From an uncultured Candidatus Micrarchaeota archaeon (lineage in GTDB: Archaea; Micrarchaeota; Micrarchaeia; Anstonellales; Bilamarchaeaceae): a stretch of 64,000 nucleotides of DNA. A program made the translations under genes and the position numbers. Below, piece after piece: positions 1 to 9,177 of the stretch (positions are counted from its first letter, which is position 1; each line of letters opens with the position of its first letter). The notes under the pieces are model-generated. The model saw nothing but the letters and a program-made list of their open reading frames with translations. It searched no databases and was not told the origin of the DNA. The stretch spans positions 121,098 to 185,097 of the forward strand of contig CAVRPK010000002.1 in assembly GCA_963723105.1 (NCBI GenBank), read 5' to 3'.

Positions 1-1080
1 ACGTCCGCTAATAGTTACATTGCCTTTGTAGAGACTAAGATGTACTACTCCATCAATCAACTCCTGACTTTTGTTTATTGCAGCAGTCAAAAATTCCATC
101 TCAGGACTAAACCAAAATCCATAGTAGACAATTTCAGCAAATTTTGGGCTGAGCATATCTCTAAGTCTCATTACTTCACGATCCATTGCAATTGATTCAA
201 TATCCATATGAGCTTCTCGAAGAATTGTTGCAGCAGGTGTTTCATAAATTCCTCTTGATTTTATCCCAACAAATCTATTTTCAACAATATCAATTCTGCC
301 AATTCCATTTTCTGCTCCAAGTTCATTGAGGTATTGGTAAAGCTCAAGCGGATCTGTTTTTTCAGTTTTATCATCCTTGTTTACTACTTTTATTGGCAGT
401 CCATCTTTGAAATGAATTTCAATTGATGTTTCTTTATCCGGAGCATCCTGCGGGGATTTTGTCCATTTAAAAATATCTGGACTTGGACCTTTTAGTGGAT
501 CTTCCAGAACTCCTGATTCATAGCTAATATGCATAATGTTCTCATCCATACTGTATGGCTTTGCATGGGTTGCAGTCACTGGAATTTCTTTTTCCTTTGC
601 ATAATTGAGAAGGTCTGTTCTTCCTTTGAATTTGGCTAAAAATACCTCGTCTTTCCATGGTGCATAAACCTTGATTTTAGGGTTTAGTGCATAGTATGTC
701 AGCTCAAACCTTACCTGGTCATTTCCCTTACCTGTTGCACCATGAGAAACGTATTCTGCTCCTTCCATTTCTGCAATTTCAATTTGTCTCTTTGCAATAA
801 CTGGTCTTGCAAGTCCTGTTCCAAGAAGATATCTTCCCTCATAGATAGCATTAGCCTTGATTGCCGGAAAAATGAAATCAGTAACAAACTCCTTTTTCAG
901 ATCTTCAACATATACTTTTGATGCCCCAATTTCAAGTGCCTTTTTCTTAGCAGCTTCAAAATCATCGTCCTGACCAACATCTGCCATGTATGCAATTACT
1001 TCAAAGCCTTCTTCTACTAAATATTTCAAAATACAGGAAGTATCGAGTCCTCCTGAATATGCCAGTATTATTTTTTTCAT
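1..1080 (-). CDS. argG: argininosuccinate synthase, partial (C-terminal end outside the window); ATG at 1078-1080
   Basis: Reverse-strand translation from 1080 downward gives [21 protein letters not shown]...[16 protein letters not shown]..., i.e. the PP-loop SGGLDTS and the ArgG signature motifs. No stop occurs before position 1, so the ORF runs off the window and is absent from the ORF track. Confidence 0.85.
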   Translation of the reverse strand, partial: MKKIILAYSGGLDTSCILKYLVEEGFEVIAYMADVGQDDDFEAAKKKALEIGASKVYVEDLKKEFVTDFIFPAIKANAIYEGRYLLGTGLARPVIAKRQIEIAEMEGAEYVSHGATGKGNDQVRFELTYYALNPKIKVYAPWKDEVFLAKFKGRTDLLNYAKEKEIPVTATHAKPYSMDENIMHISYESGVLEDPLKGPSPDIFKWTKSPQDAPDKETSIEIHFKDGLPIKVVNKDDKTEKTDPLELYQYLNELGAENGIGRIDIVENRFVGIKSRGIYETPAATILREAHMDIESIAMDREVMRLRDMLSPKFAEIVYYGFWFSPEMEFLTAAINKSQELIDGVVHLSLYKGNVTISGR

Positions 1081-1157
1081 AGTTTTCACCTTAATCTAAT
1101 TGAACAAGTTAATATTCTTCTTGCTACCTTTAATGCTTATAAATATTTTGTAAGATT

Positions 1158-1194
1158 TGTTACATTTATATACACTTATGTTGCAAATGTAACA
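1158..1194 (+). promoter_or_regulatory. 10-bp perfect inverted repeat (TGTTACATTT ... AAATGTAACA) flanking a TTTATATA box immediately upstream of the 1196 start codon; candidate operator/promoter
   Basis: Read directly from the sequence. The arms sit at 1158-1167 and 1185-1194, the TATA-like octamer lies between them, and the ATG is at 1196. A 10-bp inverted repeat of this kind is not rare by chance in 64 kb; its position over the core promoter is what makes it worth noting. Confidence 0.25.
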
Positions 1195-1195
1195 T

Positions 1196-1789
1196 ATGGA
1201 GAATATATCTAACCTCGTATGGCTCTATGTAAAGAGACGTCCATTTCTCAAAGAAGTGATGCGGGAGAATGTTGTAAACTACTCAGCCCTTGCTCGGAAA
1301 ATATCAATCGAAGCATTTGGAGATGTTAAATACGAGAACACAGTTAAGATGGCTTTAATTCGGCTATCAAAAAAAATTGAAAAACTTGAATCGGATCTGG
1401 AGGGAAAGATTCTCTTCATTCTCAAAAATAGTTCCATGGTCATCAAAAGCAAGGTGGCAGTTGTGATCTCATCAAAATCCATTGATGCGATCCATCCTCT
1501 CTCCTTTGCAAAATCCGGTCGCAATATTACGTATATACTTGAACAGCGCGAGCTTGATAATCTTCCAAAAAAACCATCACGTTGTGAGGAAAACCTCAAT
1601 CTAATTACAATAGAAAGTCCACCTGAGCTTGAGGATGTTCCAGGAGTTATCTCTTATATTCTTGGAGCTCTTGCATCTGAGGGAATAAATGTCGTTGAAT
1701 TTATTTCTTGTTATACTGATACTATTTTAGTAATCAAGCAAGCAGATACAGAAAAAGCATTTCGGATTCTATCCAGTATTATGGAATAA
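1196..1789 (+). CDS. ACT-domain-containing protein (putative small-molecule-binding regulator)
   Basis: 197-aa ORF. The C-terminal segment GVISYILGALASEGINVVEFISCYTDTILVIKQADTEKAFRIL has the beta-alpha-beta-beta-alpha-beta pattern typical of ACT domains. It lies next to argG. Confidence 0.45.
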   Translation: MENISNLVWLYVKRRPFLKEVMRENVVNYSALARKISIEAFGDVKYENTVKMALIRLSKKIEKLESDLEGKILFILKNSSMVIKSKVAVVISSKSIDAIHPLSFAKSGRNITYILEQRELDNLPKKPSRCEENLNLITIESPPELEDVPGVISYILGALASEGINVVEFISCYTDTILVIKQADTEKAFRILSSIME

Positions 1790-1800
1790 TAAAACAAGTA

Positions 1801-1924
1801 CGGGCCCGGGGGGATTTGAACCCCCGGCCTACGCCTTTCTCCTGTTTTTATTAGGAGAGCGCCGCTAAAGACTCGAAATAGTTTTATCTACTACTTCGAT
1901 CTATCCAAGCTGAGCTACGGGCCC
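1801..1924 (-). tRNA. intron-containing tRNA, 124 nt, candidate tRNA-Arg(CCU) with two introns: a 34-nt hairpin intron in the D-arm and a 15-nt intron at canonical position 37/38
   Basis: Reverse complement reads GGGCCCG-TA-GCTC-AGCTTGGATAGA|intron 1 (approx 1866-1899)|GC-G-GCGCT-CTCCTA|intron 2 ATAAAAACAGGAGAA (approx 1837-1851)|A-GGCGT-AGGCC-GGGGG-TTCAAAT-CCCCC-CGGGCCC-G. The acceptor stem is a perfect 7 bp, the T-arm is GGGGG/TTCAAAT/CCCCC, and the D-stem GAGC forms across the first splice junction. Intron 2 carries AGGAG complementary to the CTCCT anticodon region, which is bulge-helix-bulge-like. The spliced length is 75 nt with anticodon CCU. CCA is not encoded. Confidence 0.6.
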
Positions 1925-1986
1925 ACAATTAAATAAGATTCTTGCCTCGGTTATTTTAAAAGAGTTCACTACAAATCGTTTATTCT

Positions 1987-2751
1987 ATGATTCTAGAATT
2001 ATCTTCACTTCTATCCAGCGCAGTTGAAAAAACGCTTGAGGATAATGTTGCAATTTCATTTTCTGGTGGACTTGATTCGACTTTAATTGCTACTATAGCA
2101 AAAAAACATGCTAATGTGGACCTTTATGCAGCTGGTGCTCTGGGCAGTCCTGATCTTGAATATGCAGAAAAAACAGCAGAAGAACTCGGTCTTCCGCTTC
2201 ACAAAATCATAATCGATGAAAAACTTGCAATGGAAACATATGAAAAAACCTACAAGATACTTCCTCTTGATTTTCTAAAAGTTGAAATTTTAGTTCCTGT
2301 TTACCTAATTGCGAAGGCAGCAAAAGAAGCTGGGCATAGCGTTCTTCTCTTTGGCTCTGGAGCAGAGGAGCTTTTTGTTGGATATGAGAGATATTATGAT
2401 TACGCTGAAGAAGGAAAAGACCTAGATAAAATTCTCAAAGACGAATTCAAAACCCTCCCAAAGCGAGATATTGGATGGATAAAAAAGATCTGCCGAAAAC
2501 AAGGAATAGAAGCTCGCTGTCCTTTTTGCAATACTGATGTTGCAAATCTTTTATTCTCTGTTCCGCTTGAAGAGAGGATGGCAGAGCGGGAACTAAAAAA
2601 AGGAATTCTTAGAGAAGCTGGAAAAATTCTAGGCGTTCCAAAACTTGCTCTTCTTCGGAGAAAAAAAGCAATGCAATATGGCTCTGGAGTCCACAAAATC
2701 TTTATGAAAAAAGCAGATGAAATCAATGCTCATTTTCCAGCTGTCATCTGA
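1987..2751 (+). CDS. PP-loop (adenine nucleotide alpha-hydrolase superfamily) ATPase, AsnB-C-terminal/QueC-like
   Basis: 254 aa with the PP-loop motif ISFSGGLDSTLIA near the N-terminus and a CPFC pair near the C-terminus. The exact family cannot be resolved by eye. Its 3' end overlaps the convergent folD by about 22 nt. Confidence 0.5.
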   Translation: MILELSSLLSSAVEKTLEDNVAISFSGGLDSTLIATIAKKHANVDLYAAGALGSPDLEYAEKTAEELGLPLHKIIIDEKLAMETYEKTYKILPLDFLKVEILVPVYLIAKAAKEAGHSVLLFGSGAEELFVGYERYYDYAEEGKDLDKILKDEFKTLPKRDIGWIKKICRKQGIEARCPFCNTDVANLLFSVPLEERMAERELKKGILREAGKILGVPKLALLRRKKAMQYGSGVHKIFMKKADEINAHFPAVI

Positions 2752-3566
2752 GCTGCTATTACCACATTTGAAATAAGAACTGCTACTGTCATAGGTCCTG
2801 CTCCACCTGGAACTGGGCTGCAATTGGCCTTTTTTATTACTTCTTCAAATAGTACATCTCCTTTGATTTTGCCATCAACCCTTGTTGTACCAACATCAAT
2901 TACATAAGCCCCTTCTTTGATCATATCTCCAGTAATCAGTCCAGGTTTTCCAACAGCAGCAACTACAACGTCTGCATTTTTTGTATGAACTGAAAGGTCT
3001 TTTGTTCTGGAATGACAAACTGTTACTGTTGCATTTTTCTTCAGAAGCATGAGTGCAAGAGGCTTTCCAACAACATTGGATCTTCCAATTACAGTTACAT
3101 TTTTACCATTCAAGTCAACCTCATAATACTCAAGCATTTTCATAACTCCAAGAGGAGTTGCTGGCATAAGAGCTGGAAGTCCGACAAACATTCTTCCCAT
3201 GTTTGCAGATGTCCATCCATCCACATCTTTTTCTGGTTTAATCATTTCTACAATCTTTGTAAAATCAACTTGTTTTGGAAGTGGCGCTTGTACAATAAAT
3301 CCATCTACTTCTGGATCATCATTCAATTGTTCAACAATCTTCAGGACATTTTCTTCACTAGTATCCTCATCCATCTTCTTCAAAGTTGCTTTAACTCCTA
3401 TGGCTTCTGCTTTTTGCAGTTTTTTCTTTACATAAACTTCTGAAGCAGGATCATTTCCAACAAGGACTATTGCAAGATGCGGCTTTCTTTCCATTTGCTC
3501 TACTATGACTCTTGTTTCTTCGAGCATGCTATCCGCGACTTCTTTTCCTTTGAGAGTGCGATACAT
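2730..3566 (-). CDS. folD: bifunctional methylenetetrahydrofolate dehydrogenase / methenyl-THF cyclohydrolase
   Basis: 278 aa. Motifs PHLAIVLVGNDPASEVYVKKK, GKNVTVIGRSNVVGKPLALMLL and SPVPGGAGPMTVAVL are characteristic of FolD. Confidence 0.9.
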   Translation of the reverse strand: MYRTLKGKEVADSMLEETRVIVEQMERKPHLAIVLVGNDPASEVYVKKKLQKAEAIGVKATLKKMDEDTSEENVLKIVEQLNDDPEVDGFIVQAPLPKQVDFTKIVEMIKPEKDVDGWTSANMGRMFVGLPALMPATPLGVMKMLEYYEVDLNGKNVTVIGRSNVVGKPLALMLLKKNATVTVCHSRTKDLSVHTKNADVVVAAVGKPGLITGDMIKEGAYVIDVGTTRVDGKIKGDVLFEEVIKKANCSPVPGGAGPMTVAVLISNVVIAAQMTAGK

Positions 3567-3625
3567 ATATCCTCTTCTAACAGGTAAGGGTTTTAAAAAG
3601 ACTTTTTGGCTTAATCTGCCTTGAT

Positions 3626-3831
3626 GGGCCTGTAGCTCAGTCTGAAACTTTTAGGGAAAAACACTAGAGGTTTCCTGAAATGGTTAGAGCGCCGGTCTTA
3701 TATGACACGTTCTAGTACAATCCGATGTGGATTGGCTGACCTAGGAAAGCCGAAGGTCCCGAGTTCAAATGTACCTTTTAAGTGCTAATATCCAATGCGC
3801 TAAATTGATACTGGATGTCTCGGCAGGCCCA
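3626..3831 (+). tRNA. tRNA with three introns (206-nt gene, 75-nt predicted mature form), candidate tRNA-Ile(UAU); introns in the D-loop, at canonical 37/38, and between the T-loop and T-stem
   Basis: The ends pair perfectly: GGGCCTG (3626-3632) with CAGGCCC (3824-3830), discriminator A at 3831. Exon 1 GGGCCTGTAGCTCAGTCTG is followed by intron 1 at approx 3645-3681. Exon 2 is GGTTAGAGC-G-CCGGT-CTTATA, followed by intron 2 at approx 3703-3747. Exon 3 is A-GCCGA-AGGTC-CCGAG-TTCAAAT, followed by intron 3 at approx 3771-3818 and exon 4 CTCGG-CAGGCCC-A. The mature form GGGCCTGTAGCTCAGTCTGGTTAGAGCGCCGGTCTTATAAGCCGAAGGTCCCGAGTTCAAATCTCGGCAGGCCCA is a canonical class I cloverleaf. The anticodon-stem strands CCGGT/GCCGA pair at four of five positions, with 31-39 a U-G wobble and 27-43 a mismatch. 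The anticodon is UAU if intron 2 sits at the canonical site, and the intron boundaries are accurate to within 2 nt. Confidence 0.6.
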
Positions 3832-3875
3832 TCTTTTAAACACAAATATAAATCTATCCACACTAATTCTATTTT

Positions 3876-4676
3876 ATGAAAAATCTAAGGAAGAGAGAAA
3901 CAGCTTCGCAGTCCAATCCTGTTATGCGGCAGGCTGTGAAAGTTTTTGCAGCAGCACTAACCTCAGCTACTATCCTTGGATGCGGGGCAATACACCGAGA
4001 GCCTCTTCGAATTGATAATGCGCAGATTGTAAGTGCAGAAGAACTTGGATTTCAAAGAGGCAAAACTAAATTTACTGATGCTCACAGTCTTATGAAAAGA
4101 AGAAGAATGACTGGTATTGTGGCAGAATCAAACATCAGCGTTTCTGGAAAAAGATTAGATCTTCTTGCAGCTGATTATCAAACTGAAATGTTTCTATTTG
4201 AAGAAGGCACATTCAGGCAGAGTTTGAAGTTGCATACATCTGATATCCTTCCATATGGTTTTGCTCTTCGAATTGCAAACTCCAAAAATCGTGATGTAAT
4301 TCTTGCACTTTATCGCGATCCTCTTGAGATGGTCAGTTCTGTTGATCATGGAATGAGGGTCAAAGCTCCACGGATAGAGATTTTCGTTGAGTCAAATGGA
4401 ACTTTTGCTCGAAATGGAATCCTTCATCTATCAAAATTATCAAAAACCCATGGAGGTCTTACTGATCCGCTTTTTGTTGGGCATGATCTTGATATTAATC
4501 TGATGCTCATTGCACGAGGACTCAACGGAGTTGTTTGGAATAAGGCCTACTTTCTTGGCTTTCAGGAAGCCCGAGGTCAGGTACGATTAGCAGTAACAAA
4601 GTCAGTTCCTCTTTCAGAAGCTGCCAAGTGCTCCTGTGTTCATGACTATCTGTATGGGGAGTCAAACCCCAAGTAG
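3876..4676 (+). CDS. hypothetical secreted protein or lipoprotein (signal peptide with LGCG lipobox-like motif)
   Basis: 266 aa. The N-terminus MKNLRKRETASQSNPVMRQAVKVFAAALTSATILGCGAI has a hydrophobic core followed by a Cys-containing lipobox-like motif. No recognisable family. The downstream LysE gene overlaps its 3' end on the opposite strand. Confidence 0.4.
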   Translation: MKNLRKRETASQSNPVMRQAVKVFAAALTSATILGCGAIHREPLRIDNAQIVSAEELGFQRGKTKFTDAHSLMKRRRMTGIVAESNISVSGKRLDLLAADYQTEMFLFEEGTFRQSLKLHTSDILPYGFALRIANSKNRDVILALYRDPLEMVSSVDHGMRVKAPRIEIFVESNGTFARNGILHLSKLSKTHGGLTDPLFVGHDLDINLMLIARGLNGVVWNKAYFLGFQEARGQVRLAVTKSVPLSEAAKCSCVHDYLYGESNPK

Positions 4677-5285
4677 AATCTTGATGAATTCAAATCCAAA
4701 TTTTACTGCAAAATAAGTTAGCAATATCGCCGAAGCCAGAGCAACCCATTTGAATGTATTTTTATTCAATTTTTCTCTAAACTTTTGAACTACTGCAATA
4801 AGAGAGCAGAAGAAAAGGCAAACTCCAACCAGAACCCCACTACTTATCATCAGCCCCTGCTCGATATTGGCACTACAAGTAGCAAGTTCTGCCCCCATTA
4901 TCCCGGTCCACATAACAAGAACTGCCGGGTTTGAAATTGTCAAAACCATTCCAGGAATAAAATTCTGCTTGTTTTCAATTTCATTAAAATGATATATCCT
5001 GCCTGTTCCAATATAATCTTCATATGAGCTATATGCTAGATAAAAAAGTACTATTGATCCAACAAAAAGCAGGGCATTGCTTATTATCCCGGGTTGCAAC
5101 AAGAATGAGAGCCCCAAAATAGCCAGAGCAAGGTAAGCAATAAGTGCCGTCAGAGCACCAAGAAAGAAGATAAAAGCTGACTTCCAGCCATATTTCGAGC
5201 TTCTACGGATAATCTCAATACTTGTCGGACCAATGGGCGCAGATATTGATAACCCTAGCAATATGCCTTCAATCACAATGTTCAT
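4662..5285 (-). CDS. LysE/RhtB-type amino-acid exporter family membrane protein
   Basis: 207 aa, about six transmembrane segments. The N-terminal MNIVIEGILLGLSISAPIGPTSI motif is typical of LysE-type translocators. Confidence 0.6.
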   Translation of the reverse strand: MNIVIEGILLGLSISAPIGPTSIEIIRRSSKYGWKSAFIFFLGALTALIAYLALAILGLSFLLQPGIISNALLFVGSIVLFYLAYSSYEDYIGTGRIYHFNEIENKQNFIPGMVLTISNPAVLVMWTGIMGAELATCSANIEQGLMISSGVLVGVCLFFCSLIAVVQKFREKLNKNTFKWVALASAILLTYFAVKFGFEFIKILLGV

Positions 5286-5395
5286 TGCCTTACCTTCATC
5301 TTGATCTATAATATATTTTTTCTATGGATATATTTATCCTTTCTCTATACTAAATTGGTATTTATACTATTTTTTCCTCAATATTTTGTTACTTA

Positions 5396-7585
5396 TTACA
5401 TCTTCTTCGTGATGAGGGTTCCAAAACCTCTTTTGATTTTGTAATATCCCACAATTAATCCTGGAAGAAGTATAACTGAATAGAAAAATGCAAATAAAAT
5501 ACCGAATGCTAGCGTTATCCCAAGGTCCTGGAGGAAACTAAGATTAGCAACTTGAAGTGCCAAAAATCCGAGAACTGTTGTGAGGGAGGTTAGGAACAAA
5601 AGCTTTGCAAGATGCACATGTGTTGCCTCAACTGCTCCAATATAAGATGCTCCACGTTCCAGTTCTCTTCTCATTTCAGAACCTGCATGGATCGAGAAAT
5701 CCATCCCAATTCCTATTATGATTCCGAAAATAGATGAGGTTATTTGCGAAAATGGTACATTTGCCCACCCGTCCATTCCCATTGTGGAGAGTATTGCAAG
5801 TCCAATTGGAAGCAGCATCATAATCCCAACAGTTATTGATCTGAAATACAAAATAAGTAAGACAAAAATCAATGCAAAAGATACTAGTGTGACCATCTGT
5901 GATCCTGAGCTATTCACTTCATTTTGCCTTGCATCATATGCCACTTGTCCAGAATAATATGTCTCAACTTTCTCAGGAAAAGCCTCTGTGATTTTTGGAA
6001 TGAACTTTTGGAAGAAAAGATCATTGTCCCATACTACTTGTCCTCCATATCCCACCGTGATCCTCATCATTTTGTAGTCGTTTCCAATATCAGGGTGATC
6101 TATTCTCGTATCAGTTTCTGGTATCTGTCCTCCATTTTCCCTTTTAATGTCATCCACTGGGGATCTGACAGATTCTATAAATTCAATGCTACGAAGCTTT
6201 TTTTCAAAATTATCCACCTCTTTGAGAACCTCATATGAGCGAACATCATCTGCTTCTACAATGATTATCATGGCGCTTGTTGTTCCTGGAAAAGCATCTC
6301 CCTGCTCAACCAGATCAATGATTATTGGGTTATCTGCAGGAATAAATCCTGAATAATCCATTTCAGTATTGACCATAGTGATTCCAAAGATGACAATGAA
6401 GGCAAATGCCAAAACCCCTCCAAGAAACGAGAATGTTCTCTTTCCAATAATATTTCCAAGATCCATCATTCTCTCATGCAGAAATCCAGAAATCTCTGAA
6501 AAATTATTCGTTGAACTTTTTGGTTTTCCAGATCCGAAAATAAGAAAGATAATTGGCGTGAGGCTCATATTGAAGAAAAATACGAATAGTATTCCAACAG
6601 AAGTTGCGATGGCAAGAGTTTCCATAACTCTTGATCCAGCGAAAAAGAGTGAAAAGAAACCAATCAAAGTTGTCATAAAAGCAAGGGATAGTGGAGGTCC
6701 GATTTTTTGAAGAGTTGAAGTTACAATATATCTTCTTCTTCCTTCTCCTTTTACAAATCCATTTTGAAGGTGCAGAGTATAGTCAACACCAATGCCTATT
6801 GTTAAAACAGCAATAAGTGCAGTTGCAATGTTCAGAGGAACTCCAAGCATTTTCATTGCACCAAAAATACATATCATAACGCACGAGAGGACAAAAATAT
6901 TGACTATTGTCATCACATTGCTCCCATAAAATATTCTAATGCAAATCGCAATAATAATCATACTAAGTAGTCCTGTTACAATAAGGTCACTGAACAACAA
7001 ACGGGATACTTCTGAAAAGATAACTGGGCTTCCTCCAACGCTTGTTTTTATCCCAGTTGGTTTTTTAGTCTGCTTAACTATCTCTTCTATCTGTGTTTTT
7101 CTGTCCTTTAGTTGGCTGTCGCCAGATCCCATATCCATATACACAAGAAGAAGAGCACTGGTTCCGCTTTCGCTAAATAAATATGAGCTTTCGAGTGGTG
7201 AAAAGACATAATCAACAAAGCTCTTTTCAGATATTTTTTTCTGAAGTGTCTCTACATACTCTATTATCTGCGGGTCATGAACAGATTCTATCCTATCAAA
7301 ATCAGCCGAGGTTCCATCAATGCGGATAAATACGGTCATTGCATCGGCCGAATTAAAATTGGCATCAACAAGATCGTTTTTTAGTTTGACTGGATCGTTT
7401 TCATAGAAAAATGAGTCCTGACCAGAATCTACTTCTATGTTGATTGCAAATGTCCCCATAAAAGCAATGAAAATAATTAGAAGGCCTAGAAGTGGCCATT
7501 TCTCATTATCAAGAAATTCAACATAGTTTGGGATCGATTTCTGATATCTATCTCCAACTCCTGAGATGATTCCCATTTTATTCAC
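5396..7585 (-). CDS. RND-superfamily exporter (MMPL/SSD-like, two 6-TM bundles with large extracytoplasmic loops)
   Basis: 729 aa. Two repeated hydrophobic bundles each follow a large hydrophilic loop, and the GxxxD-containing TM helices are MMPL-like. The start overlaps the upstream gene by 8 nt, indicating an operon. Confidence 0.65.
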   Translation of the reverse strand: MNKMGIISGVGDRYQKSIPNYVEFLDNEKWPLLGLLIIFIAFMGTFAINIEVDSGQDSFFYENDPVKLKNDLVDANFNSADAMTVFIRIDGTSADFDRIESVHDPQIIEYVETLQKKISEKSFVDYVFSPLESSYLFSESGTSALLLVYMDMGSGDSQLKDRKTQIEEIVKQTKKPTGIKTSVGGSPVIFSEVSRLLFSDLIVTGLLSMIIIAICIRIFYGSNVMTIVNIFVLSCVMICIFGAMKMLGVPLNIATALIAVLTIGIGVDYTLHLQNGFVKGEGRRRYIVTSTLQKIGPPLSLAFMTTLIGFFSLFFAGSRVMETLAIATSVGILFVFFFNMSLTPIIFLIFGSGKPKSSTNNFSEISGFLHERMMDLGNIIGKRTFSFLGGVLAFAFIVIFGITMVNTEMDYSGFIPADNPIIIDLVEQGDAFPGTTSAMIIIVEADDVRSYEVLKEVDNFEKKLRSIEFIESVRSPVDDIKRENGGQIPETDTRIDHPDIGNDYKMMRITVGYGGQVVWDNDLFFQKFIPKITEAFPEKVETYYSGQVAYDARQNEVNSSGSQMVTLVSFALIFVLLILYFRSITVGIMMLLPIGLAILSTMGMDGWANVPFSQITSSIFGIIIGIGMDFSIHAGSEMRRELERGASYIGAVEATHVHLAKLLFLTSLTTVLGFLALQVANLSFLQDLGITLAFGILFAFFYSVILLPGLIVGYYKIKRGFGTLITKKM

Positions 7586-9071
7586 TTTTCTGTTTCTTTG
7601 CTGTGAAAAAATGACGTCCTATCATGAACATAAGAATCAGGATAAATGCTGCAGCAAGTATTACTGGAAGAATATTCTCTTCTTTTCCTTTGCTCAGAAC
7701 ATATATCTCCTCTTCCTGCACTATCGGCTCTTCATTGTATATGCATCTTATTCTTATCGGAACTCCATATTCCTTTGCACTTGCAAGTTCATTGAAAGTG
7801 AGCTCAAGCTTGAATTCTTTAGTCTCGTCTTCATCAAGTTTGGCGGCTTTATCAGAATCCTGTTTCCAGCTGATTGGAAGGTTCTTTGTAAGTCCAGTAA
7901 TTTCAACACTACTACATTCATCGCCTAGATTAGTTACTGTAAATGAAATCTCATTATTCGTGTTTCTTTCATTGCTTGACTGGTTAACTAAGAAATACGG
8001 TAGTTTTTGCACATTTACCTGCATTGGGAAGCTCTTGTTTTTCTCTTCTCCAAGATGATAATACTTCAGATATATTGTTCCATTATATGTTCCTGATTTT
8101 ACCTGATCCGCAATATCGAACTTGAACGTTGCTGCGCTTCTATTCTTTGAATCTACAGTTCCAAGAAAATCTACGTTAGACTGGAAAAATGTTGGTTCAA
8201 ACCCACCAGATTCAATAGCAAGGCTTGCCTCTACATTTTCAATTTCATCTTTTCCTTGGTTGGCAATTTCTACTTCTATTATGTTGTTTTTGGTATCCCT
8301 TTTGAGGCTTTGGGGTGAGCTTGATACTTTTCCAAGGGCTACTTTATCCGGAAATTCTAGTTTTATCGGAAGGTAGCTTACTGATGAATATTTGTTGTTG
8401 TATGCATCATTTGCAGTAGTATTGATCATGATCTGGTATATCTGCGACTCAGCACTGTTGTCAATATCCATTGTTATTGGAATTGATTCTTTTCCACTGA
8501 TAAATGGAATAATCTTTATGTTGTCATCGTCTTGGATTTGCATTGGAAGTTCTGAGAGTCCAAATTCAATATGTACATTATAGAAATCTTCTGAAGGATC
8601 AACAATAAGGTTGTATTCTATTTCATCTTCTCCATTTACTGAGAAGTTTTCCATTGCAATGTCTATGTATTTTTGCTCCAGTGTTCCAGTTACAAATACT
8701 GTTTTTACTGCAGCTGCATTGTCCTCTTTAATCACGATTTTAAGCGGATTTTCTGCAAGAACAAGATCTTTTGCATAAACAAGAATCTCGTAATTTACTG
8801 ATTCTCCTGGCTCTAAAATTATCTCACTATACTCGATTGTGCCTGGGCCTATGTGCGAAAAAAGGCTCGAAGTTACAACTGTAAATGAAATATCATGTTT
8901 TTCATTTCCATCATTTGTAAAAACCAAATATGCTATGAATTCAGTTTCATCTGCAACAACTGATGGGCTTGTTTTTATCAAATCTACTTTTATGTCCTTA
9001 TGCAGCTCACTGTCAGTAACTGCAAATGCAACTGAGCTTAGCAATAACATTAACAAGAAAATATTTTTCAT
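7578..9071 (-). CDS. surface or cell-envelope protein (signal peptide plus C-terminal TM anchor), co-transcribed with the RND exporter
   Basis: 497 aa. It has an N-terminal signal peptide (MKNIFLLMLLLSSVAFA), a long beta-rich ectodomain and a C-terminal hydrophobic anchor (ILPVILAAAFILILMFMIG) followed by basic residues. It overlaps the RND gene by 8 nt. Confidence 0.5.
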   Translation of the reverse strand: MKNIFLLMLLLSSVAFAVTDSELHKDIKVDLIKTSPSVVADETEFIAYLVFTNDGNEKHDISFTVVTSSLFSHIGPGTIEYSEIILEPGESVNYEILVYAKDLVLAENPLKIVIKEDNAAAVKTVFVTGTLEQKYIDIAMENFSVNGEDEIEYNLIVDPSEDFYNVHIEFGLSELPMQIQDDDNIKIIPFISGKESIPITMDIDNSAESQIYQIMINTTANDAYNNKYSSVSYLPIKLEFPDKVALGKVSSSPQSLKRDTKNNIIEVEIANQGKDEIENVEASLAIESGGFEPTFFQSNVDFLGTVDSKNRSAATFKFDIADQVKSGTYNGTIYLKYYHLGEEKNKSFPMQVNVQKLPYFLVNQSSNERNTNNEISFTVTNLGDECSSVEITGLTKNLPISWKQDSDKAAKLDEDETKEFKLELTFNELASAKEYGVPIRIRCIYNEEPIVQEEEIYVLSKGKEENILPVILAAAFILILMFMIGRHFFTAKKQKSE

Positions 9072-9094
9072 ATTACTACCTCTATCTATATGTC

Positions 9095-9116
9095 AAATTC
9101 ATATATGTATGAATTT
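9095..9116 (-). promoter_or_regulatory. 9-bp inverted repeat AAATTCATA-tatg-TATGAATTT 24-45 nt upstream of the 7578-9071 gene start; candidate operator overlapping the promoter
   Basis: Seen directly in the sequence. It is AT-rich and could arise by chance; its position immediately upstream of the start codon is the reason for listing it. Confidence 0.2.
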
Positions 9117-9177
9117 ATACATATAAGGATATTTAAACATTCTGTTCTTCTGTATTTCAACGTCTACACTACTGAAA

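Noticed and set aside
3731-3758. Possible long variable arm (GACCT...AGGTC perfect complement) making the 3626-3831 tRNA a class II Leu/Ser tRNA
   Set aside because: The acceptor and D-arm are class I type (GGGCCTG-TA-GCTC). The resulting anticodon would not be a Leu/Ser anticodon. The three-intron class I model gives a clean 75-nt cloverleaf.
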